The notes: a model not told the origin generated them from the sequence alone. Counted from the stretch's first letter, positions 9,500-19,801 are shown. The stretch: 64,000 nt of DNA from a bacterium (GCA_029100545.1 JAQXPH010000021.1:10613-74612); one strand, 5' to 3'. Program-made: numbers and translations.

Positions 9500-10581
9500 T
9501 ATAAAATTTCCTTTATTTCATTATAGATAATATCTGAACTACTTATCATATTTATTTTTTCCAAATTTTTTTTCATTTCTTTATATTCTTTACTACCATT
9601 AATTAAATCATTAACTTTATTATATAATTTATCTATATTTAAATCTTTTTCCTCAATTAAAATAGATAAATCTTTGTCTTTTAAATCTAATGCATTATAA
9701 TATTGATGATTATTTGCAACATTTGGAGATGGAATAAGTATTGAGGGAACTTTTGAAGCAATTATTTCTGACAAGGTACTAGCTCCTGCTCTTGAAATAA
9801 TTAAATCTACATTTCTAAGTAGTCCTGACATATTATCTAAAAATGGTATTATCTTAATATTTTTAGAAAATGTTTTGCCATTAATAAAATCTTTATAATA
9901 ATTTTTACCTGTTATATATAATACTTCAAAATTATCATTTTCGTTAACTTTAGATAAAAAACCTAAGAATATATTATTTATACTTTCACTTCCTAATGAT
10001 CCAGATACTATTAAAAGAAGTTTTTTATTTTTGTGTAAACCTAAACTTTCTTTAGTTATTTCTTTTGTTTTTAAAGCATTTTCTCCTGCTGGATTACCCG
10101 TATAAATACATCTTTTTGCTTTAGTAAAAAATCTATTACTATTTTCATAAGAAGTACATACTAAATCAGCATTTTTAGATAAAAGTTTATTTGTTTTACC
10201 AGGAATACTATTTTGTTCATGTAAAATAGTTTTAATGCCCATTTTTTTGGCAACATAAATAACCGGCATTGTAACATATCCACCCGCACCTATGACAACA
10301 TCAGGTTTAAAATCTTGCATTATTTTATAACACTTATTAATGGCTTTTTTTATTAATATAATATTTTTTAAATCTCTTAAAATCATTGTTTTACTAAAAC
10401 CATATATTTCAAGTGGAATATATTTAATATTTAAATTTGGAATAATATCTTTTTCCATTCTATTATGAGTTCCAATATATAAAATATTTAAATTTTTTTC
10501 TTTTTCTTTAAATTTATTAATAATTGCTAAAGCTGGATTAATATGACCCCCAGTACCACCTGCGCTTACTATAATATTCAT
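9499..10581 (-). CDS. murG: undecaprenyl-PP-MurNAc-pentapeptide GlcNAc transferase MurG
   Basis: MNIIVSAGGTGGHINPALAI and RAGASTLSEI motifs. Confidence 0.92.
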   Translation of the reverse strand: MNIIVSAGGTGGHINPALAIINKFKEKEKNLNILYIGTHNRMEKDIIPNLNIKYIPLEIYGFSKTMILRDLKNIILIKKAINKCYKIMQDFKPDVVIGAGGYVTMPVIYVAKKMGIKTILHEQNSIPGKTNKLLSKNADLVCTSYENSNRFFTKAKRCIYTGNPAGENALKTKEITKESLGLHKNKKLLLIVSGSLGSESINNIFLGFLSKVNENDNFEVLYITGKNYYKDFINGKTFSKNIKIIPFLDNMSGLLRNVDLIISRAGASTLSEIIASKVPSILIPSPNVANNHQYYNALDLKDKDLSILIEEKDLNIDKLYNKVNDLINGSKEYKEMKKNLEKINMISSSDIIYNEIKEIL

Positions 10582-10759
10582 AAATAAATCACCTATCTAT
10601 CTAATTAATATTATACAAAAATAAGTACTTTTTTACAATTATTATGTTTATTGACTAAATATATAAAAAATATACATTCTTCTAATTGACATTTTTTTAC
10701 AAATTTAAAATAACTAATTCAACGTTTAATGCACATATTTTTTTTCATAATAATATTAG

Positions 10760-11152
10760 GTGATTATTTTGGATAATATTTCAATATGGCAAAAAAATTC
10801 TGAAAATAATATAAATAATAATATGTTTCAAACAATAAAAACTGATATTTTAATTATTGGTGGAGGTATTGCAGGTTTAGTCGCAACCTATATGTTATCA
10901 GAAAATAATCAAGACATAACCTTAATTGATAAAAAATTGCATTCAATAAGATATTATAATGATTATATAATTTATACCTTAAATGAACATAAATTAACAA
11001 AAGCATAAAGTTAAATTAATTTGTCCTCATTTAAAATGTAATTTAATATTTAATGCAAAGAAAAGACATGGGATTGCCCATGTCATAGTTCTAGATTTGA
11101 TATAGATGGTAAATTAATTTACGGACCATCTACTAAAAATATTGATAAATAA
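10760..11152 (+). pseudogene. remnant of an FAD-dependent oxidoreductase with a C-terminal Rieske [2Fe-2S] domain (internal deletion plus frameshift)
   Basis: The N-terminal ~60 aa are intact (SIWQ...DILIIGGGIAGLVATYML), then a stop occurs at 11006-11008. From 11022 CPHLKCNLIFN is read, and after a frameshift KTWDCPCHSSRFDIDGKLIYGPSTKNIDK* follows. That is the CPH..C / CPCH Rieske signature. About 350 aa of the middle are missing. Confidence 0.7.
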
Positions 11153-11644
11153 TTATTCAATTATACATATTTCATTATTTTTTAGACTTTTTTGAACATC
11201 AATAACTCTTTGATTTGAGGATCCTTTCCATTTTAATGTAGGATTATGTAAATTATTTATAAATTGTCCATCAACTAAAACATCTATATATTTAAGTACT
11301 TCTTTATCTTTTAAATCTTTATCGAATAAATATCCACTCCACACCCAAAGATTTTTATTGGGAAATTTTTCTTTGAATGCTTTAGCAAGAGCTGTTGTTC
11401 CATCAATATTATTTGGATGCATTGGTTCTCCTCCTAAAATTGAAAGGCCAACAATATAATCTTTATCACAAAGATCTAATACTTTTTTAATTGTTTCTTC
11501 AGTAAAATCATTTCCACCATTAAAGTCCCACGTTTCTTTGTTAAAACAGTTTTCACAATGGAATGCACAACCTTGCATAAATATTGATACTCTTACGCCG
11601 GGTCCATTAGATATATCCATTTTTCTTATTTTATTGTACTTCAT
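11153..11644 (-). CDS. nrdG: anaerobic ribonucleotide reductase activating protein NrdG
   Basis: GPGVRVSIFMQGCAFHCENCFN radical-SAM motif. Confidence 0.92.
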   Translation of the reverse strand: MKYNKIRKMDISNGPGVRVSIFMQGCAFHCENCFNKETWDFNGGNDFTEETIKKVLDLCDKDYIVGLSILGGEPMHPNNIDGTTALAKAFKEKFPNKNLWVWSGYLFDKDLKDKEVLKYIDVLVDGQFINNLHNPTLKWKGSSNQRVIDVQKSLKNNEICIIE

Positions 11645-11646
11645 TT

Positions 11647-13800
11647 TTAGGCATCCTTATTATCTATATGAATTACCCTTTCTTTTATTTCTTGAGTTCT
11701 ACCTTTATTCCAGAAATTTGTTCCAATATAACCACATGTTCTTCTTGCAACATTTAGTTTATTGTGATCTCTATTTCCACAATTTGGACAATACCATTCT
11801 AAATTATCATCAATTAAAATTTCTCCAGTATATCCACATTCTTGACAATAATCAGATTTTGTATTTAGTTCAGCATACATAATATTATCATAAATATAAC
11901 TTATTACTTCTAAAACAACATCTAAATTATTTTCAAGATTTGGTGTTTCAATATAACTTATTGCTCCACCTGGAGAAAGTTTTTGGAACTCACTTTCAAG
12001 TTTTAACTTAGTAAAAGCATCAATTTCTTCGAATACTGGAACATGATATGAATTTGTAATATAATCACGATCTGTTATACCTTTAATTGTACCAAAACGT
12101 TCTTTTAAACATTTAGCAAATTTATATGTTGTTGATTCAATTGGAGTTCCATAAACAGAATAATCTATTTCTTCTTCTTCTTTCCATTTTTTACATTTAT
12201 CATTCATATATTGCATAACTTTTAAGCCAAATTCTTTGCCTACTGAACCATCCGTATGAGAGTGTCCAGTCATATATTTAACACATTCATAAAGACCAGC
12301 ATAGCCTAAAGAAATAGTTGAATATCCATGATGAAGTAATTCATGAATACTTTGACCTTTTTCAAGTCTTGCAAGGGCACCATGTTGCCATAATATTGGA
12401 GCTACATCACTCGTAACTTTTGAAAGTCTTTTATGTCTTATCTGAAGAGCTCTATGACATAGTTCAAGTCTTTCATCAAATATTTTCCAAAATAATTCCA
12501 TATCCTTATCAGATGAAAGAGCAACATCAGGTAAATTTATTGTTACAACTCCTTGATTAAATCTACCATAATATTTTGGATTACCTTTTTCATCAACATA
12601 TGGAGTTAAGAAGCTTCTACATCCCATACATGGATAACATTGTCCATTACCATTTTTATCAATTTTTAACTGCTTCATAATTTTTTCAGAAATATAATCT
12701 GGTACCATTCTTTTAGCAGTACATTTAGCAGCAAGTTCAGTTAAATAATAATACTTTGTTCCTTTTTTAACATTATCTTCTTCAAGAACATAAAGAAGTT
12801 TTGGAAATGCAGGAGTAATATAAACACCTTTATCATTTTTCATTCCCTCAATTCTTTGTTTTAAAACTTCTTCAATAATCATAGCAAGTTCATCTTTATA
12901 TTCATCAGTTTCATTTAAATACATACATACACTTAAAAATGGAGCTTGACCATTAGTTGTAGTCATTGAATTAATTTGATATTGAAAAGTTTGTACACCA
13001 TCTGTTATTTCTTTCTTTAAATCTTCTTTAGCATACTTTTCACAATCTTCTTTTTTAAATTTTCTTTTCTTATATTTTTCTAAATATTTTTCATAACTAC
13101 TTCTTACAAAAGGTGCTAAATGAGTAAGAGTTATAGTACATCCACCATATTGACTTGATGATACTGCTGTAATAATTTGAGTTGCAATTGTCATTGCTGT
13201 TAAAAATCTATGAGGTTTTTCAATCATAACTCCATTAATATTTGTACCATTTTGAAGCATATCTTCAAGATTAATTAAATCACAATTATGTAATGCATTT
13301 TGAGCAAAATAATCAGCATCATGAAAATGAATAATACCTTCATCATGAGCCTTTACTATATCTTCTGTAAGTAAAAATCTTCTTGTAATATCTGTTGAAG
13401 TAATTCCTGCTAAATAATCTCTTTGAGTTGTTACAACTCTTGCATTTTTATTAGAATTTTCTGTATTCCAATATTCACTTTCTCCATCAATCAATTCTTT
13501 AATAGATAAATCTGTCGTATTACTTTTTCTAACAAGTTCTCTTGTATAACGGTAAGTAATATATTCTTTAGCTAAAGCATATTTTCCAAGTGCCATTAAT
13601 CGATATTCAATAATGTCTTGAATATCTTCAACAAGCATTCTTTTTTTCTTTAAACCCTCTATATATTTTATAATATTTTTAATTTGAATATCACTAACTC
13701 TGTCCTCTTCAGCGACTTCCTCATTTGCCTTTTTTATAGCTATTTCAATTTTTTCTGGACAATAATCAACTATATGTCCATCACGTTTTACTATTTTCAT
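11647..13800 (-). CDS. nrdD: anaerobic ribonucleoside-triphosphate reductase NrdD
   Basis: ATP-cone N-terminus, C-terminal Zn site CQECG..CPNCG, and glycyl-radical motif RRTCGYIG. Confidence 0.95.
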   Translation of the reverse strand: MKIVKRDGHIVDYCPEKIEIAIKKANEEVAEEDRVSDIQIKNIIKYIEGLKKKRMLVEDIQDIIEYRLMALGKYALAKEYITYRYTRELVRKSNTTDLSIKELIDGESEYWNTENSNKNARVVTTQRDYLAGITSTDITRRFLLTEDIVKAHDEGIIHFHDADYFAQNALHNCDLINLEDMLQNGTNINGVMIEKPHRFLTAMTIATQIITAVSSSQYGGCTITLTHLAPFVRSSYEKYLEKYKKRKFKKEDCEKYAKEDLKKEITDGVQTFQYQINSMTTTNGQAPFLSVCMYLNETDEYKDELAMIIEEVLKQRIEGMKNDKGVYITPAFPKLLYVLEEDNVKKGTKYYYLTELAAKCTAKRMVPDYISEKIMKQLKIDKNGNGQCYPCMGCRSFLTPYVDEKGNPKYYGRFNQGVVTINLPDVALSSDKDMELFWKIFDERLELCHRALQIRHKRLSKVTSDVAPILWQHGALARLEKGQSIHELLHHGYSTISLGYAGLYECVKYMTGHSHTDGSVGKEFGLKVMQYMNDKCKKWKEEEEIDYSVYGTPIESTTYKFAKCLKERFGTIKGITDRDYITNSYHVPVFEEIDAFTKLKLESEFQKLSPGGAISYIETPNLENNLDVVLEVISYIYDNIMYAELNTKSDYCQECGYTGEILIDDNLEWYCPNCGNRDHNKLNVARRTCGYIGTNFWNKGRTQEIKERVIHIDNKDA

Positions 13801-13862
13801 TTTTTACCTCCACTTCTATTTTAAAACTACATTAAATATATCACAATTTATAATAATATAAA

Positions 13863-13876
13863 GTTGCATTTGCAAC
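13863..13876. promoter_or_regulatory. palindrome GTTGCA-TT-TGCAAC in the nrdD / crp-fnr divergent intergenic region (candidate operator)
   Basis: Perfect 6-2-6 inverted repeat read directly from the sequence. The binding factor is unknown. Confidence 0.3.
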
Positions 13877-13917
13877 ACTTTTTAAAAAATGATAAAATTT
13901 TACTAAAGAGGTGTAAA

Positions 13918-14559
13918 GTGAAAAAATTATTTGATAATATTTGTGAAAAAGATAAAAAAAAACTAGAACAAAATTTAGAGGCAATCACCTATACTTTTCA
14001 CAAAAATCAGAGCATTTCAAAGTATTTGAAAGATCATATAATTGGAATTATTTTAAATGGAAAAGCAAAAATAATTCATACAGATTATAATGGTAATAGT
14101 TTAGTCGTTGATGAATTATATGAAAATTCTATTTTTGGTTCTAATATATCATTTTTATATAATAGTGAATATGAAATTATTGCTTATGAAGAAACAAAAG
14201 TATTAATATTTGATTATGATTTAATTTTAAAATATGATTCATCATCTTATTATTATAATCAGTTTTTAAAAAATTTAATTGAAATTATAAATAATATTAT
14301 TGAAGAAAAAAATAATCGTTTACAAATTATTAGTAAAAAAACAATCCGAGATAAATTACTAGAATACTTTAATATAGAAAGTAAAAAGCACGGAAGTAGT
14401 ATAGTTTATTTGCCATTTACTTATGCTGAACTTGCCGATTTTTTAGCAATTGATAGAAGTGCTATGCATCGTGAACTTAAAAATTTAAAAGAAGAAAATA
14501 TAATTGATATTAAAGGTAAAAAAATAATTTTACTTTATAGGCATTCATTTATAATATAA
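13918..14559 (+). CDS. Crp/Fnr-family transcriptional regulator
   Basis: cNMP-binding-like N-domain and a C-terminal HTH (YAELADFLAIDRSAMHRELKNLKEENII). The start is set at the GTG after AAGAGG; the track extends to an upstream TTG. Confidence 0.8.
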   Translation: MKKLFDNICEKDKKKLEQNLEAITYTFHKNQSISKYLKDHIIGIILNGKAKIIHTDYNGNSLVVDELYENSIFGSNISFLYNSEYEIIAYEETKVLIFDYDLILKYDSSSYYYNQFLKNLIEIINNIIEEKNNRLQIISKKTIRDKLLEYFNIESKKHGSSIVYLPFTYAELADFLAIDRSAMHRELKNLKEENIIDIKGKKIILLYRHSFII

Positions 14560-14616
14560 TTACTTGAAAATATTATCTAAACTAAAGTATAATAATTATG
14601 AAAAGGAAATGATTTT

Positions 14617-15978
14617 ATGTTTGAAAACAAAAAAATTCATATGATTGGTATTGGTGGTATATCAATGAGTGGTATCGCAGAAATTTTGCTTTCTTTTGGA
14701 TGTAAAATAACGGGCTATGATGCAACGAAAACCAATATAACTAATCATTTAGAAAAAATAGGAATACCAGTTTATGATAAATGTAATATTTTAAATGTTG
14801 AAAATGCTGATATTATAATTTATACTGCTGCTATTCATGAAGATAATGAAGAATTAAAATATGCTAGAGAAAATAAAAAAGTTGTTTATGAAAGAAGTAC
14901 TTTTTTAGGTTTACTTATGAAAGAATATGAAAATGTATTATGTATAAGTGGTACTCATGGAAAAAGTACTACAACTGGAATGGTAAGTAATATATTTTTA
15001 AAAGCAAATTTAAATCCTACAATTATGATTGGAGCTATTCTGCCATCAATTAATAGTAATAATAAAGTTGGTAGTAAAAAATATTTTATCGCTGAAAGTT
15101 GTGAATATGTTGATAGTTTTTTAGAATTTTTTCCAACAAGCGAAATTATTTTAGATATTGATGATGATCATTTAGATTATTTTAAAAATATTGATGGAAT
15201 TATTTCTTCATTTAATAAATTTGCAAATAAATTAAATAATAATGGAAATTTAGTTGTAAATAATGATGATTTAAATACATTAAAAGCAACTAATAATATA
15301 AATAATAAAATTACTTATGGTATAGAAAATAATTCAAAATATATGGCTAAAAATATTATTTTTGATAATCTTGGTCATCCTACTTATGAATTATTTATTG
15401 ATAATCAAAGTCAAGGACAAGTTTCATTAAGTGTTACAGGTATACATAATGTTTATAACTCACTTGCCGCTATTGCATTAAGTAATATATATATTAAAGA
15501 TTTAAATATTATAAAAGAAGGATTACTTTCTTTTACTGGAGTTGGAAGAAGATTTGAATTTATTGGAAAATATAAAAATACAAATATTTATGATGATTAT
15601 GCTCACCATCCTAGTGAAATAAAAACAACCTTAGATTCTGTTAAAAAAACTAAACATAATAAAAGTTATGCTATATTTCAATCACACACCTATTCTAGAA
15701 CTTATGAACATTTAATTGAATTTGCAAATATTTTAAAAAATTTTGATAATATTATAATAGCACCTATATATCCTGCAAGAGAAACAAATATTTATAATGT
15801 TAAAGAAGAACAATTAGTTGAGTTAATTAAAAAAGAAAATGAAAATGTTTGGTATATAGACTCATTTGATAAAATTATTGATTTTATTAAAGAAAAAGTT
15901 CAAGATGATGATTTAGTTATAACAATAGGTGCTGGTCCAATTAATGAAGTTGCTAAAAAATTAGCATTGGAGGAATAA
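14617..15978 (+). CDS. murC: UDP-N-acetylmuramate--L-alanine ligase MurC
   Basis: IHMIGIGGISMSGIAEIL and GTHGKSTTT motifs. Confidence 0.92.
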   Translation: MFENKKIHMIGIGGISMSGIAEILLSFGCKITGYDATKTNITNHLEKIGIPVYDKCNILNVENADIIIYTAAIHEDNEELKYARENKKVVYERSTFLGLLMKEYENVLCISGTHGKSTTTGMVSNIFLKANLNPTIMIGAILPSINSNNKVGSKKYFIAESCEYVDSFLEFFPTSEIILDIDDDHLDYFKNIDGIISSFNKFANKLNNNGNLVVNNDDLNTLKATNNINNKITYGIENNSKYMAKNIIFDNLGHPTYELFIDNQSQGQVSLSVTGIHNVYNSLAAIALSNIYIKDLNIIKEGLLSFTGVGRRFEFIGKYKNTNIYDDYAHHPSEIKTTLDSVKKTKHNKSYAIFQSHTYSRTYEHLIEFANILKNFDNIIIAPIYPARETNIYNVKEEQLVELIKKENENVWYIDSFDKIIDFIKEKVQDDDLVITIGAGPINEVAKKLALEE

Positions 15979-16490
15979 TGAATAAAAGAAAAAATGGGCT
16001 AATAGTTTGGATAGTTTTTGCAATTATTATTATTTTAGCTCTCTTTTGTATTTTTTATTTTACTCAATTAGAAAGAAAAAAAGAATTTGATAATTTATAT
16101 AATAAAGATTATTATTTAAGAGTTAATTACGGTGTTATTGAATCCAAAGGAAATAATTTAAGAGATTTAGGTGTATTTTTAAAAGAAAATGATGTTGAAA
16201 AAAATTATTACTTATATATAACAAAAGATAATATTTTATATACTTATTTTACAGATTCATATTATATATTTGATCCTTTAAATGGTTATTATGTTGAATA
16301 TAAAATCAATTTAGAAGAAGATGTTGTTCAAAATATATTAAATGATATAAGAAGTAAAAAGGTTAATAACTTGCTTAATAAAACAGAAAGTGAATATAAT
16401 ATTATTAGAATTGATAATGAAAATTACTATATTAGTAAAAAAGATTTACAACTAATTTTTCAAAACTATGATATAATTTTAGACATTTAA
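15978..16490 (+). CDS. hypothetical N-terminally anchored membrane protein
   Basis: ORF track. Its ATG overlaps the murC stop. One TM (LIVWIVFAIIIILALFCIFYF). Confidence 0.55.
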   Translation: MNKRKNGLIVWIVFAIIIILALFCIFYFTQLERKKEFDNLYNKDYYLRVNYGVIESKGNNLRDLGVFLKENDVEKNYYLYITKDNILYTYFTDSYYIFDPLNGYYVEYKINLEEDVVQNILNDIRSKKVNNLLNKTESEYNIIRIDNENYYISKKDLQLIFQNYDIILDI

Positions 16491-16503
16491 AAAAAGCATA
16501 TTT

Positions 16504-17496
16504 TTATGCTTTTTTTAAATATTGTAAATAATCATCTAATATTTTAATAATTTCATTTTTATTAGTTTGACTACATATTTTATTTTTAATTTCAGCATTA
16601 TTTGGCATATTTTTTAAATAATATAAGAAATGCGTTCTAATTTGAATTACTGCTTGTTTTTCATTTGAGTCGATTACTAAATTATTTAAATGTTTTTTCA
16701 TCATTACAATTTTTTCTTCATAACTAACATTTTTAGGTATAATTCCATTTTCAAGATAATCGTTACATTCTTTAATAAGCCAAGGATTTCCAAGAAGTGC
16801 TCTACCTATCATAACAGCATCACAATTTGTTTCTTCAAGCATTTTTTTTGCATCATAACACGAATGTACATCACCATTTCCAATTACTGGGATACTAACA
16901 CTTTCCTTAACTTTTTTTATTAGATTCCAATCGCTATGACCTGAGTAACCCTCTTTTCTAGTTCTTGCATGAATAGTAATTGCACTAGCTCCAGCTTTTT
17001 CAGCAAGTTTTGCAACTAAAGGTGCATTAATGGAATTTTCATCCCAACCACTACGAATTTTTATAGTAACAGGCACATCAACGTTTTTCTTTACAGTTTT
17101 AATAATTTGATATATTTTATCTGGATCTTTTAAAAGTGCACTTCCTGCTTGTGATTTTACCGCTATTTTAGGAACAGGACATCCCATATTTATATCAATT
17201 ATCTTAACATTATATAATTCAACTACTCTTTTTGCAGCATTAGCAAGTGTCTGAGGATTTGAGCCAAAAAGTTGAACTGCCACAGGAATATTAATTTTGT
17301 CAATTCCCTTAAGCATATCTAATGTTTTTTTATTATCTCTAACTATTGCTTCTGCACTAATTAATTCTGTAACAGCTAAACCTAGTCCAAATTCTTCACA
17401 TAACTTAATGTAAGTTGGATTAGATATTCCTGCCATAGGAGCAAGAACTATTTTACTATTAATTTCAACATTTCCTATTTTAAAACTCATAAACAC
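16504..17496 (-). CDS. dusB: tRNA-dihydrouridine synthase (DusB-like)
   Basis: LAPMAGISNPTY, DINMGCP and the TIM-barrel pattern. Confidence 0.9.
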   Translation of the reverse strand: MFMSFKIGNVEINSKIVLAPMAGISNPTYIKLCEEFGLGLAVTELISAEAIVRDNKKTLDMLKGIDKINIPVAVQLFGSNPQTLANAAKRVVELYNVKIIDINMGCPVPKIAVKSQAGSALLKDPDKIYQIIKTVKKNVDVPVTIKIRSGWDENSINAPLVAKLAEKAGASAITIHARTRKEGYSGHSDWNLIKKVKESVSIPVIGNGDVHSCYDAKKMLEETNCDAVMIGRALLGNPWLIKECNDYLENGIIPKNVSYEEKIVMMKKHLNNLVIDSNEKQAVIQIRTHFLYYLKNMPNNAEIKNKICSQTNKNEIIKILDDYLQYLKKA

Positions 17497-17556
17497 TCCT
17501 AGATAAATTTATTATACATTATTTATTTTTTATATCAAGAAAAAAGTCCATACGGA

Positions 17557-18117
17557 CTATAAATCAAAATAAGCATCATCATCATTATTTAATAAAAATG
17601 CACAAGCGTCATCTTTATCAATATGAAGTTCATAATAACCTTCTTCTGTTACTTTAAAAAAACATTCCATAGTACCTTTTTTTTCTTTACCTACTTTAAC
17701 AAATACACTTTGATCATCTTTTATATTGAATTTTTCAGCACAATCTCTACCAATATGAATATGTCTTTGAGCAATAATACAACAAGGTAATGTAATACTT
17801 CCTTTTTCTGTTTCAATTGTAATCAAGGCTGCTTCATGCAAATCAGAACTTTTTCTAACTGGAGGCTTTACATTTAATTTTAATGCATCAGAAAATGCAA
17901 TTTCAACTTGATTATAATTTCTCATTGGCCCTAATACTTTAACATTTTCAATTTTCTTATCGCCATTTTTTATAGTAACTACTTTATTTGTTACAAATTC
18001 ATTTGGTTGTTTTAAATTTTTAATTATTTGATAATCATCATCAAAAAGCTTATCATAAATTTCCTTAGTTAAATGAACATGACGATTACTAATTGCAATT
18101 TTAACACTTTTTTCCAT
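17557..18117 (-). CDS. pduL: phosphate propanoyl/acetyl-transferase PduL
   Basis: Duplicated motifs ISNRHVHLT and AQRHIHI. Confidence 0.85.
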   Translation of the reverse strand: MEKSVKIAISNRHVHLTKEIYDKLFDDDYQIIKNLKQPNEFVTNKVVTIKNGDKKIENVKVLGPMRNYNQVEIAFSDALKLNVKPPVRKSSDLHEAALITIETEKGSITLPCCIIAQRHIHIGRDCAEKFNIKDDQSVFVKVGKEKKGTMECFFKVTEEGYYELHIDKDDACAFLLNNDDDAYFDL

Positions 18118-19078
18118 GTTTTCTCCTTATAAAATTATACAAATTAATTAATATATAACTAATACAAAAACTACTAAAATATACTACAATAAATAATAAA
18201 GGAATCATAATAAATGAATAATAATTACGTATTAAATAATTTTTAGTTAAAAATTCAAATATTATCATACTAATCAATAAAACTAAAAATAAATATTTTG
18301 AATAATTTTCATAATTAAACTTTCCTTTGCAATTAAGTAATAAATAAAATAAAGAAATAGAATAACTGACAATTAATAAATTACTATTATTTATTAATGT
18401 ATTTCTAAAATATAAACCATTATTTGATAATAAATAAGTTATTATTATTAAATAAATAAACATAATAATATTTATTATTATAGAAAACTTTTTTATTTTC
18501 TTAGTATTTAATTTATTTTTATTTAAATAAATAAGTTCACCTATAATAAAATATATTAAATTATTTATAAATGGTAAATTAAAATCAACAACTATAAATG
18601 GTCCAACCAAATTTAACACTAGATATATTATAATTAATATACTTAGTAATTTAATCTCATCTTTATTAAGACTATCAACTAACTTATTTACAAAAGGATA
18701 AAATATATATAAACATAATACTATTAATAAAATTTTAGCAACTGAATTAATTGGACTTAATAAATATAAGTAAAAATTAGTTAACTTAATATTATATATA
18801 ATCATAAAAATAATAGTAAATAATATATATAATAAGAATATTTTAATAATATCTTTTATATAATCTTTTAAATTAAATTTTTTATTATATAAATATAATC
18901 CTAAAATCATTATAAATAAAGGTAGTCCACATTTACTAAACACTACACATATTAATGAAAATATAAAAGAAAATACTCCATTATTTATATATATTTTAGC
19001 AAAATAATTACTTATTAGAGAAATCATAATAAGTAAAACACTCCAAAAATAAATTTTATCTAATTTTATATTTTTCAT
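18101..19078 (-). CDS. polytopic integral membrane protein of unknown function (about 10 TM)
   Basis: ORF track, extremely hydrophobic. The ATG at 19078 (MKNIKLDK) is preferred over the upstream TTG. Possibly acyltransferase-3-like, but not supported by motifs. Confidence 0.55.
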   Translation of the reverse strand: MKNIKLDKIYFWSVLLIMISLISNYFAKIYINNGVFSFIFSLICVVFSKCGLPLFIMILGLYLYNKKFNLKDYIKDIIKIFLLYILFTIIFMIIYNIKLTNFYLYLLSPINSVAKILLIVLCLYIFYPFVNKLVDSLNKDEIKLLSILIIIYLVLNLVGPFIVVDFNLPFINNLIYFIIGELIYLNKNKLNTKKIKKFSIIINIIMFIYLIIITYLLSNNGLYFRNTLINNSNLLIVSYSISLFYLLLNCKGKFNYENYSKYLFLVLLISMIIFEFLTKNYLIRNYYSFIMIPLLFIVVYFSSFCISYILINLYNFIRRKHGKKC

Positions 19079-19079
19079 A

Positions 19080-19175
19080 TTAATCAATCATATATGTTAT
19101 TACTCTCGCAATTGAAATTCCAAATAAAATTATTGATAAACTAAATACAAGACTTTTAATAATCTCTTTTTTCAT
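19080..19175 (-). CDS. small hydrophobic peptide (31 aa), candidate
   Basis: Hand-found ORF MKKEIIKSLVFSLSIILFGISIARVITYMID preceded by GGAAAGGA. It stops 1 nt before the ATG of the downstream membrane protein gene. Confidence 0.35.
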   Translation of the reverse strand: MKKEIIKSLVFSLSIILFGISIARVITYMID

Positions 19176-19186
19176 ATATTCCTTTC

Positions 19187-19801
19187 CTACAACTTTATTT
19201 TATTAATATTAATTATTTTATTATCCTTAATTATAATAGAATAGATATCAATATCATTTAACATACCATCATAAATTACATTATCATTATACTCTAAAAT
19301 TAATTGATCTTCAAGATTATATAATACTTCACAATATCCTATTAAATAGGATAATATACACCTTCTATGTGTAAATATAGCTACTTTATTTGTATTATTT
19401 AAATGAATTATTCTTTCAATTTCATCATTAATTCTTTTTTTTAATTCATTTATAGACTCACCATTACCATTTTTTATATCAAAATCATGTTCCTGCATAA
19501 AATATATATTTTTTAATTCTTCTAAAGAAACATTATCATTTTTTTGAGGATTAAATTTATCTGATAAATAAATATTTTTATTTAATCTTTTTCCTAAATA
19601 TGAAGCAAATATTTTTGCACTTGGATCAGTTGAAGAATAAATAGAATTAACTCCATTAAATAGACTTATTAAAGAAAGTCTTATTGCATAATCTTTATTT
19701 TTTTCAACAAGAGGAATTTCAATTTTTTTCTTGTCATATTTTATATTATTATAAATTAAATTATTTTCAATTAAATTATTACTAACTAATATAATTTCCA
19801 T
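19187..19801 (-). CDS. histidine-phosphatase (PGM-superfamily)-like protein lacking the catalytic RHG
   Basis: The fold pattern is retained (IYSSTDPSAKIFASYLG, GESINELKKRI, VAIFTHRRCILSYL), but the N-terminal LVRHGE position reads LVSNNL. Confidence 0.5.
   Translation of the reverse strand: MEIILVSNNLIENNLIYNNIKYDKKKIEIPLVEKNKDYAIRLSLISLFNGVNSIYSSTDPSAKIFASYLGKRLNKNIYLSDKFNPQKNDNVSLEELKNIYFMQEHDFDIKNGNGESINELKKRINDEIERIIHLNNTNKVAIFTHRRCILSYLIGYCEVLYNLEDQLILEYNDNVIYDGMLNDIDIYSIIIKDNKIININKIKL

Noticed and set aside
13801-13862. NrdR box upstream of nrdD (ACATTAAATATATCACAAT region)
   Set aside because: Only one half resembles the acaCwAtATaTwGtgt consensus. No second box is found at the usual ~31-bp spacing.
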